Positions 1 through 16,271 of a DNA stretch of 64,000 bases are shown here, in pieces. The translations under genes and the position numbers were made by a program. The notes beneath the pieces are model-generated. The model saw nothing but the letters and a program-made list of their open reading frames with translations. It ran no database searches and was not told the origin of the DNA. The stretch is from Utricularia gibba (taxonomy: Eukaryota > Plantae > Magnoliophyta): the NCBI GenBank assembly GCA_002189035.1, contig CM007991.1, positions 4,030,001 through 4,094,000 on the forward strand, written 5' to 3'. Position 1 is the first letter of the stretch. Each line of letters begins with the position of its first letter.

Positions 1-1761
1 TATTATTTAGATAAATGTGTATTATATGATTAAGATAAAATTTTATTTAGTACATAGATTTTGAATATATGTGTTTAAAATAATATTACATGTGATAGAT
101 TGGGTTGTTTAACAAATCCACTTAAAAATGATTCTGAAATACCTAATTCGGAGTGCCTTACAATAATTTTGCAAAATACTCATGTATTGTTAACAAGTAT
201 ATTTAAATACTCAAATCAACCTACCAACATTCCTTATGAGAAAGATTAATGTAAAATAATTATTTTTTTATATAATATTTTGACTAATAGTATTAAATAA
301 AAACAAGGGAATTGAAGTTTAAATAAACTTTTATTAGGTTGTCTTCAGTAAACTTTTACAAAAATTTCTTTTGTATACATATTATTTAATAATACATAAT
401 TTGTAAAACAATTATATATATTTTAAATTATCTATCAAATACGATATTATTTTCATAAAATTTAAACAAATATATCTAACATACTTTTAATTTTAACTAT
501 ATTACACACATATTTATTTAAATATATTATTAATTAAATTATTCCATTAAACCTTCCTCAAATTAAAAAAAAACTATTCCACTTCCAAATTTATTAATTC
601 TATTTGAAATCTATTTAATCACACCAGCAAAATTAATAAAAATGGTGGTTTCTTTCATCTAGTTATATTTATAACTTTTTAATAATTTATAAGTAAAATC
701 ATATTCTAAATTTTGTACTTATAATTAAATTTAGACTGTGACAAATACATTGGGAAAATCCTTAAATTCAGTATTTTATTTTGGTAATTTATTAAATGAT
801 TTGTTCATGATATTTTTCTCCTATTGGGGTGACGTCAATTATTTAATTTTATATTTAAATTAATTCTCGAAAACGGTTTTTATGATAAATAATTACTCAA
901 TAATTAATAAAATTATATTCAATTAACCCTGCAACGACCCCACATTAATTTTTTAATGCCCGAAAATTAAAATGACATGATATTAATAAAAAATCAATAA
1001 AAATAATTTAAAAAACACTGTTCACCAACCAGCGATATCTGCCACCTATGAACCTTTCTTCCTCCTCAGTGTAATGGTGGAGAGGACAAAAAGCAGACAG
1101 AAAAACAAATGTCCGTGAAGTTTTTCTTCACATTGCGTTAAAGCTTTGCTTTGATTTTCCTTGGAAGGACTTCCCATTTGCGTTGCTGTCTCTGGGTCAG
1201 CATCTGGATTACGCGTAACCTTCCTTAACTTCCACTGCACACGCATTCGTTTGTGGGAAACTCTGGGAACGGGAAGCGAACTTTTTCTACTGTGCGCCTG
1301 GATGGTTGTTGCCCAGGGCCTGACGCAAGCAGAGAATTTAATAAATGGCAGGCAGTACATTCCTTCTGGGCGGCTAAGGTGGGAGAGAATCTTTGATCTG
1401 GGTGTCCAGAGAATGGGTTATTGTTCGCGAAGTATTTTGCGGGGTTTCGGATTCTTAGATGAATATGGAAGTGAGATTTGCTGGAGAATTGTGAGCGAAT
1501 CCTCTCTGCTGTTTTTCTTTACTATGCTCTGTGACTCTCATCTTTAGTGTGCTGTTTTGCCACCGATTACGAAATGCATTGTTTGTGTATGTATCCATAG
1601 TTGCCTCTTCATGGCTCTCACACTTCCGGTTTTTTCAGGAAGGTTTCCTCGTTAAATTTCAGATGTTCGTGTTCTGTTCTTGATAGTTGTGTTTGATAGT
1701 CACTCCAAATATCCACAAACCTTGATAATCGGAGACTGAATTCCCACAGAAACAACCAAGA

Positions 1762-4190
<2,429 letters not shown>

Positions 4191-5735
4191 CAACACTCTG
4201 GAATCAACTAGAAAGAATCTCTGCATACTCAAAAACAAATGTATCTCATCTTATTTTGCTGAACATTTCATACTGCCAAATCATTTCTGATTTTCAGGGA
4301 ATAAAGGAATCATCTCTGAAGGAATTCATATTCTCTTTTTTTGAGGAATCAAACATCATTTGAGTTAGGTGTAAGATCGATTCAAATTGCTTGAAGACTC
4401 CTCAAACTTGCTGCTCTGTCTGCAAAAAGATGACAATCATTTTTTTTGCCATTGAAGGTGGAATCTTTCACATTGATGAGCAGCCCCAACTCCATCATTA
4501 AAAACATGTATCCATTCATGTTTCTTCGATTGAAAGCTCTAGATCCATAGCATATAATATATTAATAGGACATTATTGTGCACTTGAAAGATCGTACCTG
4601 TAAAGAGTAAAATACTGAAATTTGATTGCTCACCGTTTTGCATAATAAATCTTCACCGCTGGGCGGTTATGATGAGATCCTGATTACCCTTTAAGCGTTA
4701 GACTAACAACATCGAAACACACAAATCATGGGCAAAAGAGCTCAACTTTACATGGGTTGGTGGCATCTTCACAGAAATTTGATGGCTCGAGTAATTTTGT
4801 TTGGTGTCATGGTCTTTGTGGCTCGAAATGCGGAAATAGTACGCAAATCACAGGTATTGAATGACGAAATATCCATGAAAAACAAGTTAAAAGGAGGAAC
4901 TTTGTGGGCTATGATCTATGGGCTGGAGGGAAAAACAGGGATATTAGGGTGCTTTCATAGGTTAGAAACTAGAGGAAAGACAAAAACTTTTAAATGCTCC
5001 TGTGAAGTTCCAGTCGCAGCTTCAAATTCCAATGGTTGTATAAGAGCCCCAACTCAAAATGGTGATCATCACACCCAAGGAATGAATACAGGAAATCTTT
5101 GGTGTTTTGATCTGATCCGTAGAGCAAAATCCCACAAGTACACGTGCTGTCCATCTCAGAATCTTACTGTTTAGCACTCGACAGTGGAGCAGTTTGGTTT
5201 CATGCATGGAATTATGCCTCGCTTCAACAACAAACCAGGAACAATAGATACAGAGAGAGAAGAAGAGGTGGTTACTGTGTGTGTATAGGAAGAGGAGAAA
5301 CATAGGGAAGCAAGACTCTCTTTTTGCTTGGGTTCTGGCTAGTTCTAGCCTATCATTAGAGACCCCTCTCTCTAAAAGTTTGATTCTTTCCCAACATTAT
5401 TTCTTTTATTGGATCATGACTCCTTGGGTTGGGAATATTTACGCCTTCCTTCTTTTTTTCTCTCTTTTTCAGTAATATGGAGTGAATTCAGGAGAGTTAT
5501 AGCGTGTAACTTCCATTTTACTTGCCCCAAATCCCCAAGTTTAGCGATTCCTCTTCGTTTGTTGCTGGTTTTGTGCAAAACCCAAGTATCTGATTGATGT
5601 TTTTCCGATCTGGGTTATGTTCTTTATATCTGTTTCTGGGATGGGGGATTGAGAATTATGTTGCATTTGAGGAACAAGTAGAGCTCTTTTCTATTTGAGT
5701 TTTTTTTTATTGATTTGACAGTTGAAGAATCAAAG

Positions 5736-6668
5736 ATGGAAGAGTTTAAATTTGTTTGCAAGCTGTGCAACAAGAAGTTTCCCAGTGGGAAATCCCTCGG
5801 TGGGCATATGAGATCTCATGTTGATTCCAGAAACATGAAAAGTTCAAAAGGTTCCCAGTTTAAGAAGAAGGTTGCAGTGAAAGTAGCAGAATCCTGGGGT
5901 TCTGATGATGCAAAGAGGATTTGTGATCATTGTGGAAAAGAGTTCCAGTCTCTTAAAGCTCTTTGTGGGCATCTGGCTTGCCATTCTGAGAAGGATCTTA
6001 GAGGCTTGAAGAGTAGAAAGGTAAACAAATTTGCAGAAACTTCATCGTTTTCATCTGTTTCTGAGAATAATTTGGATGAACAAGAACAAGTTGCAATGTC
6101 TTTGATGCTTCTGTCTAAGGATTATTATGCGAGTAAGTCAAATATGGAGTCTTCGGACAACAACTCTGTTAGATCTTCATCAAGTTTCATAAAAAAAACT
6201 TGTTCCAAGATGGAAGATATCCCATTTGCTGCTGCAATGGAGGATTCAGATTCAGGGTATTTCTTGGATCACTGTGATGATTCAGAATCAGATGTGGAAG
6301 TCAGAAACAAGAGCTTGAAAAGCGTCAGCAAACAAGAGACAGTGAAAACTGAAAACAGTATGCATGTCAGCAAGTACTCTTCAATGTTCAGCAACTCAAA
6401 ACCAAGTGGTTTGCGTTCTTATCAAAAGCTGAAAGCAGATCTAAAGAAGAAAAAAGGTCATCCCTGTCCATTCTGCAGCCGCATCTTCAAGACCGGACAG
6501 GCGCTGGGTGGACACAAGAGGTCACATTTTCTCATTGCCTATCGCGAAACTCAGAATACAACTCCCTCTATTAAACCCGAGCTTCCTGATCTGCTTGATC
6601 TCAATCTTCCTGCTCCTGAGACAGGTGAAAATGGTCTCGGGAATCATGATCAGCTCTTTTCCTGGTGA
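5736..6668 (+). CDS. C2H2 zinc-finger transcription factor (ZAT/C1 type, three dispersed fingers, C-terminal EAR motif), intronless CDS
   Basis: Fingers CKLCNKKFPSGKSLGGHMRSH, CDHCGKEFQSLKALCGHLACH and CPFCSRIFKTGQALGGHKRSH; EAR motif LLDLNLP. The first ATG is at 5736. The ORF track's 5715 start is a TTG inside a splice acceptor (ttgacag), which implies a 5'UTR intron. Confidence 0.92.
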   Translation: MEEFKFVCKLCNKKFPSGKSLGGHMRSHVDSRNMKSSKGSQFKKKVAVKVAESWGSDDAKRICDHCGKEFQSLKALCGHLACHSEKDLRGLKSRKVNKFAETSSFSSVSENNLDEQEQVAMSLMLLSKDYYASKSNMESSDNNSVRSSSSFIKKTCSKMEDIPFAAAMEDSDSGYFLDHCDDSESDVEVRNKSLKSVSKQETVKTENSMHVSKYSSMFSNSKPSGLRSYQKLKADLKKKKGHPCPFCSRIFKTGQALGGHKRSHFLIAYRETQNTTPSIKPELPDLLDLNLPAPETGENGLGNHDQLFSW

Positions 6669-9357
6669 ATCCAAAGATAAATCAAGGTTCCTTTCTACTT
6701 ACTACTCATCCTAGCTAAGAAATGCGGCAGCTATCTGATGTCTCCTCTATCCTTGTCAGTGTTTTCTTTTTTACAGACCCCAGGGAGTGATCTTTCTCCT
6801 TCCCATACCTTCGAGCTGCCATTGAAGCAAAACCAGAGGATCATGGAGCCACTAAAGTGATGTGATGTGATGAAGATGAGTCACAAAAGTAAACCAGAAA
6901 ATGGGCTTGGCTTGATACTCTTCCATCAAGTTCTCTTTTCTATATACAAGTTTGAAGTCTGTGCTAGCAAAACAAGTAATACCCTGCTCCTTGGGATTCT
7001 CAAAGCTCGGTTTCCATGAAACCAAATAGTAGAATTTCTATCATTTGTCCAACAGACGCCAATTCGATCAATGGAGCAGAAGAAGGATGCATCAAGAGTT
7101 AAGGTAACTTGTTGTCTAATTACGGCTGTGGGTTGTGAGTAGAAAAACACAGTGAAGGAGATGCAAGTGCCCAAACAGTTGATGATAAATGAAGCCACAT
7201 TTAATAGGATTCCTACCTTGGAATAAATGAGTGAGCGCTTTCACTTCCCCTCCAAACATGAGTTAATGTCTCAAAACCACTCACATTTCATTAAAATCAA
7301 TTCTCCTTCTATACAAGTGATTCTATATCAGTGTTTTGTAAAATTTTTGAAACATGTTTTTATTTTTAAAATTATTTTATAAAAATACAAATAAGAAGTA
7401 AAAATAATAAACTCACTATCTTTTTAAAAAATAGCTTTTGTATTATAATTTTAAAATTATTTTTGATATAATTAGTTTTATAATTAAAAATGTTTTAAAA
7501 TAAAATTATTTTTAATTATAAAAAATATAAATACGTTTTAAATTTTTTTAAGAATATTATTATATATTTCAATTTTATAGTTAGACAACCTTTGGAAACA
7601 ATCATTTTGGATAGAATTGATTCTATTTTTTAAATATATATTAAATTCTATTCTATGATAATTAATTTTTTAGAATTATTTAGCTTCTATAAAAAAAATT
7701 TCAGATGATAGTTTCTTTATAAAAATTGAGTTTGGAAAATTGATTGTATAATTGAAATTATAGTTATATCCTTTTTATAAATAATTTAATTACTTTAATT
7801 TTTAAATTGTAATTTAAAGAATAGAATATAGATGGAATATAAAAAATATTTTGGAAAATAATATAATATTGTTATAATATAAATAGAATATAAAAAATAT
7901 TTTTAAATTATAAATTTGTAAAATATAATTATTAATAAATAGAGATAAATTTTATGTCATTTACTTATAAAAATTAATTTTTATTTTTTATATTTCAAAT
8001 ATGAATTCATTTAATAATAATTATTATTAAAAAAATTATGAACGCACCTCAATTTTCATTGTATAAGAATTTTTAATTTTAATAAAATTAATTCTAGAAT
8101 GATTTTTTTTTCCAAATGTAGCTTTAATTATACTCTACAAGAATTGATATTTGAGAATAACTTTTATAAGAATCATAGATGGATAGCTTTTAATGCAAAT
8201 TGTTTTCTAAAATTAAATTTACTAATATATTCATTTATTTAAAACTTAAAGTTGTAGAAAATAGTTTCTTTTCCTTAACATCTTTTACCAAAGATCCTTT
8301 ATCTTTTTTGCTCAATGACTTTGAGCATGAGCATAATCTATTTTTTGTATGAACGTAATTGTAGCCCCTACTAAATAAAAAAAAGTAGGCTATGTTTTAA
8401 TCATTTTTATTTAATGATTCTATTGACGTTAATCAATTTTTTTCCATAGTATATCAAAAAAATGTTATTTGAGTTTTATGTAAAAATGTAATATCAACTA
8501 TAGAAGGGGTTTATTATCATTACTAGATGCTATTGATGAATTTTTTGAGTTTTATGATAAAGTAAACATTTTTGTGATTGATTTATAAAAAAAAAATACG
8601 ACTTTGTAAGGAAATCACAAAAAAATGAGCTCATGGACCGAATATCTGAGTTTTAGAGGGGTCGATTGCAATTTCGAGAAAAATTCGTGATAATGATTGG
8701 GAAGGGTAATTTGGGAACCACGCTTGAAAACTCAGGGGTGAAGACGTCAACGAAAATGCTCATCCTCACCGAAAACATGACGAACTAGAAAATCCAACAC
8801 AAGCCCGTCCATATGCCGGGGCGTCATCTCGTTGTTCCTGTCTCCCGTCGAGATTCTGTATCTGAGCGTAGAAATAGGCACTGCATCTTCGTACCCCAAG
8901 GTATTAGGCTTTCCAATTTTACATTTTCCTGTGACTGGCCATCTCTGAGGGTTGTGGGCAATTGAGCACCGGTTTTTTGCTTTTGCTGAGGCGTCTTTGA
9001 GCGAGATTTATGCTCTCTCTCTTTTAATCATATTTACATATGACGCGTGAGCATGTGATTTCTGCGCACTTGGTGTGTTATGTTGAATTGATTCTTGATC
9101 TCGGCTACTTCAGTTCATCATCATCAGAGTTAGGTGGTTCATGAATACTTTCTGGGCCGGTAGAGCGGAGTGGAGCGATTGGGAAGGCAATGATCCGGTG
9201 GTGAAAAAGAAGGTGAAGTGGAGCTGAAAAAAATCCTTCTAGTGTATCAGCTGATCTTTTTGTTGTTTTCATGGCGTATGTGTGGGGTGATGGTTAAGAG
9301 GTATATGTTAATTTTGCAGATTGGGAGAATTGGGTGTTGAAGATCTAGTGCAATTTG

Positions 9358-12300
9358 ATGAATATGTTTAATTCCGGGGTTTCTACAGCTGACCGTGGTG
9401 GTTCCCCCACAGAGAGTGGAGATTCGGTGGTGACTCTTGATCAAATTCCATGTTGGAGTGATTCAGAGTTTAGATACTTTTATGACAATGAAGATCTTAC
9501 CAATGTATACGACCCTTTGACATCTGCTCCTGAGGTTGAGGGTAGTGGAGATGCCGTCTCAAGGTTCCCTGTGGATAAAGAAATAAACTCAAAAATCTAT
9601 CTATGGAGGGGTGATCCTTGGAATCTTGAGGTGGATGCTGTTGTCAACTCAACCAATGAAGTAAGAGTTTCGTTCATGATGGGAACCCCTATGGGTTGGT
9701 TGTAGGAATCTGCAGTTAACATGATCTTCCATTCAACATTATTCTCTTGTGTGCCAACTGAATATTTGAAACTCTTCACCCTTCACAGTGCAAGCTCATT
9801 TTTTCTTATTTCGATTTTGTAATTGGTTGAACCAATTCTCAACTTTTGGATGTTGACTAAAGAAAATTGCCCGTGGCTTCTCATTTACAGAGTTTGGATG
9901 AAGCACACAGCAGCCCAGGTCTGCATGCAGCTGCTGGGCCTGGTCTTGCTGAAGAATGTTTGACACTGGTACGCTTTATTGTTGTTTGCTTTTGTGAAAA
10001 ATAGTGCATGGATGGTTACTGTATCTCTGGTACTCGGTTTTGATCGCAAATCTTGATATTGGACCATTATGTAGTTTCATGGGTGTTGTATGTTACACAC
10101 TTTTTAGTTTACTGAGGGCAGGAAAACCCTAAAACATAATCCAAACGACATGACGATGATGATTATGTAGGGTGGTTGCAGAACAGGGATGGCTAAGGTT
10201 ACGGGTGCATATAATCTTCCATCACGGTACTGCGCTAACTATGTAATGTTGGCACACTAGCTTGTCTTTCATCGTGCGCTAAGCCCAAGCATATATTTTC
10301 GCAATTCTTCATTTTCTCCTTTGGTAAAACTCGAGTTCTTGATCCTAGAGAGTATTGGCTGTAAATATCTACACAATGTATATACTTCATCAGCTTGTTG
10401 TAAAACTGAGCCGAGTATGTAGCATGTCAATGGCCATCCACTCATATAGAGAGTTCATTGCATTTCGCAGAAGGATAATACATACTGTTGGTCCCAAGTA
10501 TGCTGTAAAATACCATACTGCTGCTGAAAATGCTTTGAGTCACTGCTACCGTGGTTGCCTTGAGCTTCTTATTGAAAATGGGCTGCAGAGGTTTGTTAAA
10601 TATTTGATATTGCAGATCAATGTCTCTTATCCATGCAATGGAGTTTTAATTGAATTTCCTGGTTTGAGATTTTTTTTTATTGGTTAATGCAGTATTGCTA
10701 TGGGTTGTATATACACTGAAGCCAAAAATTATCCTCGAGAACCTGCTGCACATGTTGCTATACGTAAGATTCGATTTTGATCTTTATTTTAAAAATGTAT
10801 TGGATTGCTTTGTTGATTTCTTAATGTTCACATATTTGTGGAGAGAATAATTCCTTTTCTTCCATGAAACTGGTTGCTGTTTATTTCCTTTGGCTGCAAC
10901 TTACAATGTTTTTCCTCTTGTGTTGATTAGGAACTGTGAGACGGTTTCTTGAAAAACAAAAAGATAAGGTTCATGCGGTTGTGTTTTGTACAATCACAAC
11001 ATCTGATACTGAAATATATAAAAGGTTTGCTGGCTGAGGTATCATTCAGTTTAACTTCAAGAATTAGTTTGTCAAATTTTTGCTATTCCTCAAGCAGATT
11101 GCTCCCCCTATACTTTCCCCGGGACAAACAAGAGGAATTGATTGCTATTTCCAAACTCCCTGCTGATGTTGGTGACGAATATGGTGGCACAGTCATAGAT
11201 GAACGGAAGATCAGAATACAGCCTTTACCTAATAAAAGGATTATTCCTAGGGTTCCTGAAATCTCTAATGATCTCCCAGTCTCCAATGTTCCTTTGGATC
11301 GAAGGCCAGTTTCATGCATCACTTCTCCACCTAATATCCCATTGTTTTTGTCATAGCAAACCATGCAGCCCGTGTGTTTAAATTATACTTGCAATTCTCT
11401 AGCTGCATGCTCAGATTCTCTTCTGTGGTCACCTGAATAATGTGTCCATTATGCAGAAACTCCTCTTACTTGGATTCATATCTGGATCCTGCATTTATGT
11501 CCTTGATCAAAGATCCAGACCAGAGACGAAGAGAACAATGGGAAAAAGCTGCTGAGGCACGAAGCGGATGGAATTTAGCCAAAATGCTTGGCTATGGAAA
11601 CCTTGGTGGCCCTCCTCTGACTGTTGCTGAGGAATATTCGCTCCATTCTCGCTATCTTGCTAAAGCAGGTTCAACGAACCTTTCAGAAATTGCTGAAATG
11701 AAAATTGTGTAAGATATGAAAATAATGCTTCTCTGGATGCCGAAGTCTTTGTGTCATGGGAAATAGCAAGTTTCATTTGCATGCGTATTTCCTGTTTCAG
11801 TTACAGAGGTGGGGTTGATAGTGAAGGTCGCCCTGTGATGGTGGTGGTTGGGGCACATTTTCTATTACGGTGCCTTGATCTGGAACGGTTTGTTATGCAT
11901 GTAGTAAAGGTGATTAGCCATATCCACTTCATGAGGATCCCTCTAATTTCAATGCGAACTCATTTTTTGCTTGAACATGTGCTAATCATCTTGAAGTTTA
12001 AACTTTTCATTTCAGGAGTTCGAGCCATTAATTCAAAAGCCATATACCATCGTCTACTTCCACTCTGCGGCATCCCTTCAAATGTGTGTGCATCCTTCTG
12101 GTTGTGTGAATACCTGAAGCTCTGAGTTGCACCTTTCCTGATCACTAATGACTCTTGATAAATCAACAGGCAACCTGATCTGGGATGGATGAGGAGATTG
12201 CAGCAAATACTTGGTCGTAAGCATCAGCGCAATCTTCATGTACGACTGATTCTTCTAGTTGAGCTTTAATCCACTAAGCCTTCATAATAGCTTCCCTTTT

Positions 12301-12730
12301 GCAGAAAATCTATGTACTTCACCCAACTCTTGGGCTGAAAGCTGCAATCCTAGCATTGCAAATGTTCGTAGATAATGTGGTGAGACCAGAGTTACCTTCT
12401 ACTATATACATCACCATAAATAATTCTTGCAACTCTGAAAAACACCAAACTTGGGTTTATAGGTATGGAAGAAGGTGGTTTACATGGATCGACTTCTTCA
12501 GCTCTTCAGATACGTTCCTCGCGAGCAGTTAACCATTCCAGATTTTGTGTTTCAGTGAGTGTACAAAAGATCCATCCATCCATCCATCCAAGTTGCAAAT
12601 GGTGACCTTTCTCCTCAACTGATTAACTGGAATCCTGTGCAGGCATGACTTAGAAGTGAACGGAGGAAAGGGGGTGATCGTAGACCCCAGGACAAAGTAT
12701 ATTTACCAGAGAGTCAATGAACAAAGGTGA
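9358..12730 (+). CDS. GDAP2: GDAP2 homologue (macro/Appr-1''-p processing domain + C-terminal CRAL-TRIO/BNIP-Sec14-like domain), multi-exon
   Basis: Exons give RGGSPTESGDSVVTLDQIP, SKIYLWRGDPWNLEVDAVVNSTNE, LHAAAGPGL, IHTVGPKYAVKYHTAAENALSHCY, RLLPLYFPRD, YRGGVDSEGRPVMVVVGAHFLLRCLDLERF, YFHSAASLQ, IYVLHPT and HDLEVNGGKGVIVDPRTKYIYQRVNEQR* (TGA 12728-12730). Confidence 0.93.
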
Positions 12731-13002
12731 TGGTTTCACCTCCGCTCTCTACCACCTCCTACTGTTTGGTAACTGATCCTCGCTTCGCTCTGTCGTTTTG
12801 TATATTCGTCTCCATTTTTTTCATATCTTTCTGAATGATTTTCTTGTTCTCCATTCGTCCAGACAAGAAATCAAATAAAAAAAAAAAATCTCCCTTCCAT
12901 CATCTTTTCGAGTCCTCATAGGAAAGTTGTGCATGAAACTGATGAGGCATGGATGAAACTTCACTACGTCGGTTATCTGTCAAAGCATGCCGCAGCCTTA
13001 AG

Positions 13003-13383
13003 TAGAGGTGGGTACAGATACGGGTCGCTGGTGACCCGGTGAGTTGAGATCCGTGATGGGTTGGATGCATGACGTGTGTTCGTAAAAAAGCAGATACGAG
13101 TTGAGTCGATAGTTAACGGGTATGGGTTCGACTCATGGGTCAAAATGAATTGGGGCTACAAGTCAATCCATAATGTAAATTTTGCAAATTCGTAGTGTTT
13201 GAAATTTTTACTTATTGATACAAAAGTAAAATCTAGGTTGGTTAAATAAGTATCAAACACTTAATACAAACAGTAAACTAATTTCAGGGGACATATCAAC
13301 AAAAGCTTGCACTTAATACATATTTAAAAAAATGCAAAGGTAATCCATATTAAAAAAAATGGGATTTAACGTGTCCACCTCTA
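13003..13383. mobile_element. hAT-type non-autonomous element/MITE (~381 bp)
   Basis: Left end tagaggtgggtac; right end gtgtccacctcta (reverse complement tagaggtggacac, 11/13 match). Subterminal gggtc/gacccg motifs. Flanks gccttaag and gcctttgc share the first 5 of 8 bp (eroded TSD). Confidence 0.6.
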
Positions 13384-13909
13384 GCCTTTGCAACTGTTGA
13401 TGACGCTGTTTCTTGCATTGTGATGTTGTCCCTCAAGAAAATGGATCTGTTACTTCCCTTGGAAAGAAGAACCCAACAGCAGCCCCTGGTCTCGAAGGCA
13501 GCTGCAGAAGGCAAACTAACTGGACGAACATCATCTTCAGATCCAACCAACCTGAAAGAAGCATTGAGTGCAAGCTCTGGTTGATATGCACTGTTCAAAG
13601 AAAAAAAAAAAACATTATAGGCTTTTGTAATGTTTGCAGTTTGATGAAGGGACAGATTTTGTGAGCAGACCCACGACCCAGGTTCTTTTCATTAAGATCA
13701 ACAAAAGAACCAATCTCTAGAAAACAACAACAAAAGCAGGGAGCTCAAATGCTATCTGTCAAGAAAGGAAAGGCTATGATTCATGGACTGGTTTAATTTC
13801 ACTGCTACAGCTTTTTAATATTCCTGTGAATCTGCAGTGTTACAGCTTGTTAAGACTCCTCATTCCCAGTGGTATCCAAAGATAATAGTCTCATTGAGAA
13901 TTTGCTACT

Positions 13910-14935
13910 TCAGCTGCAACATTCTGAATCTGGTTTACTTTCTTCAGCACTTGGAGTCTCCCTGTATTTACAGCTGAAGTAGAAAAGGGTGTTCATCAAA
14001 GAGTCTATCAACAGAAGAAACGAGTACATAACCACCAAAATTGGCGTCTCCCAGATTCCTAAAAATCCTTCTCTGTTACTCTGCGTCCTCACTCTCTGTT
14101 CAAAGAAATTCTGGACTAAATTCATTGCAACAGTTGATCCCAGAAACATCAACAGATCAACTCGGTTTTTTCCTCTAAGCAGAGAAGCTGATCCTAGAAA
14201 TGCCTGTGTGGCTGAGACTTTCTCATGAATCGATATCACGATAGAAATGTTGCATATGATCATAACATTTGCCAAAACACTTTTGAATACTAGTTCAATG
14301 ATGAGTACAGGAACCTCAAGAACGCAAGAAAAGCACTCCATGACGAAGAAGAACCTGCTGATCACGTCCAAGATGGCAATGAACGAAAAGAATCCACTAG
14401 AAATAAGTCCACAGGACAACAAAAATGTGGAAAGAGTGCACCTCCAAATCTTAGAAATGAATGTTGAAAACATTGATAGATGAAATCTCTTTCTTGAATA
14501 AGTGCATTCCACAAAATATACAACCGTGGCCTTTGACATAAGCAATAGGGTCATGTATAATGGGAAACACATGGCATTCGAAACAGCAATCTCTGAAAGC
14601 GTATGGAAAAATGGCTTGAATAATAGTTCGAGGGGAAGCCCATTTGAGTTAGCAAGAAGTAAGAAATGTCGAGCCAACCACTTAACCACGGACTGATGAA
14701 CCAAACCATTTGACAAGAAAACAGCAGAAACAGGAATGATCAACACAACCGCAATGAAGAGTAATCGCGATGCATTATGTCGAAAAATCCTCACATTTTC
14801 TCTAAAGATCTCCAAAGATTCCATAGAAAGAGACTCCAACTGAGAGGTCTGAATATCACCGATTTCGATTTCATCACTGTTTCTGTTCAACGCACGCGCG
14901 TTGGTCCTTGTACTCAACCCAGTAGATACCTCCAT
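13910..14935 (-). CDS. Intronless plant multi-pass membrane protein of unknown function (At1g69430/At1g26650-like family)
   Basis: 341-aa ORF with about 6 hydrophobic segments. Motifs MESLEIFRENVRIFRHN, AMCFPLYMTLLLMSKATVVYFVECTYSR, LLMFLGST and VMYSFLLLIDSLMNTLFYFSC match the family as recalled. Confidence 0.82.
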   Translation of the reverse strand: MEVSTGLSTRTNARALNRNSDEIEIGDIQTSQLESLSMESLEIFRENVRIFRHNASRLLFIAVVLIIPVSAVFLSNGLVHQSVVKWLARHFLLLANSNGLPLELLFKPFFHTLSEIAVSNAMCFPLYMTLLLMSKATVVYFVECTYSRKRFHLSMFSTFISKIWRCTLSTFLLSCGLISSGFFSFIAILDVISRFFFVMECFSCVLEVPVLIIELVFKSVLANVMIICNISIVISIHEKVSATQAFLGSASLLRGKNRVDLLMFLGSTVAMNLVQNFFEQRVRTQSNREGFLGIWETPILVVMYSFLLLIDSLMNTLFYFSCKYRETPSAEESKPDSECCS

Positions 14936-16271
14936 TCCAGCACCTCCTTCCCTTGATGATCACCCGGACAAGAATGGATCAACAAGAGAAGATACAAACC
15001 CTATCCAAGAAACAGCATGCTACACGGAACTCCCAACCACCATTTCCAAGAACCCTGAAATCACAGAATAATTTCCAACAACACGACTGCATGCACCAAA
15101 AGATTTCACCTGGATTTCAAAGAAGGGTGGTTCTCCTTGAAGGAAAAAAAAACGATGGCAGATAGTGAGTGGCGTCGAACAAGCCAACGATTCTCAATAA
15201 AGGAACATGGATTCTGGATATCCAAGAAGAAGAGCGACGACCCCATAACTACCAGTAAACGAGAGTCACCGTTTGAGTCGAGGTGTGGGCACTGGGCAGT
15301 TCGATTGATAATTTTGGCGGCATTTTCTCACATCTCAACGGTCACCTTACCGGGCCGGATTCATCAAAGCCTTCGAATTGGCCCGATTTTTTTTTTCATA
15401 TTATTTCTTAAATTTTAAAAATCATAGACATAATTTAACAAGCATGTATCCCATGCTAGTTGAGATGTTTTTGAGTCTTTTATAGAAATATTATCTGAAA
15501 ATTTTTTTTTATGAATTTGTTGTATTGAGATCCGATGACAATATACCATATTGGTTACATACAAGAAAAGATAATTATTTAAATAGATGTACATATCTAA
15601 TCTTATATAATGGTTTTTGTGGATTTGTTGTATTAAGACTTTATAATATAATTTCACATTGGTTACAGATAAAATAAAAAATATGTTTAAATATATAGAC
15701 ACTCTTAATTTTATATAAGTTCTTTTTCTTGAAAGTAAAAAACATAAAATAATGAGGATTAAATGATTGAAATAAGCAATATCATACAAAATGAAAATGT
15801 GTTGTAACGGTGATGTTTGATAATCAATCTTATCCTTTTGTTCGTGTATCATTATTACTGAAATTTAATAATTTTTTATAATATAATACCTTTAAAATAA
15901 ATATAATTTCATATATATTTTAATTGGTTTAAAATTGGGATAATATGATTTCCTATCAATAAAATGAATAATATGATTGATATTTAATCGTTCCTATTTC
16001 CATGCGGTCACTTAAAATTTGTCGTTTAATGCTGGAGAAAAATTAGGGGTTGATTAGTTTAAGTAAATGGCTGATTAATGAGTAACCACGATTAACTATA
16101 AGTGGCATGTTCTGTGGCCGGTAGGATGGGACCCCATAGCTCAAGGTTTGAAAGAATAAAGGATGGATTTCTATATTTGGAAACTCTGAGAAAACGTTGG
16201 GTTGACAAAGACGGTTATCTCGGTTACAGGTGTAGGAAGAGGACGCGAATGGGGGTGGAAAAATCTGATCT

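Noticed and set aside
1046-1547. ORFs upstream of BGLU40
   Set aside because: No motifs; the region looks like the 5' leader and leader intron of the glucosidase.
5022-5303. 93-aa minus-strand ORF with a hydrophobic N-terminus and a VEAR motif, resembling a secreted peptide precursor
   Set aside because: No CLE, PSK, CEP, PIP or RALF mature motif at the C-terminus, and it overlaps the CT-rich zinc-finger promoter. Not supportable without expression data.
15415-15852. 145-aa AT-rich ORF with a ~109-bp degenerate direct repeat (~15514 and ~15623)
   Set aside because: Low-complexity Ile/Tyr/Leu ORF typical of AT-rich non-coding DNA. The two-copy repeat is probably TE debris.
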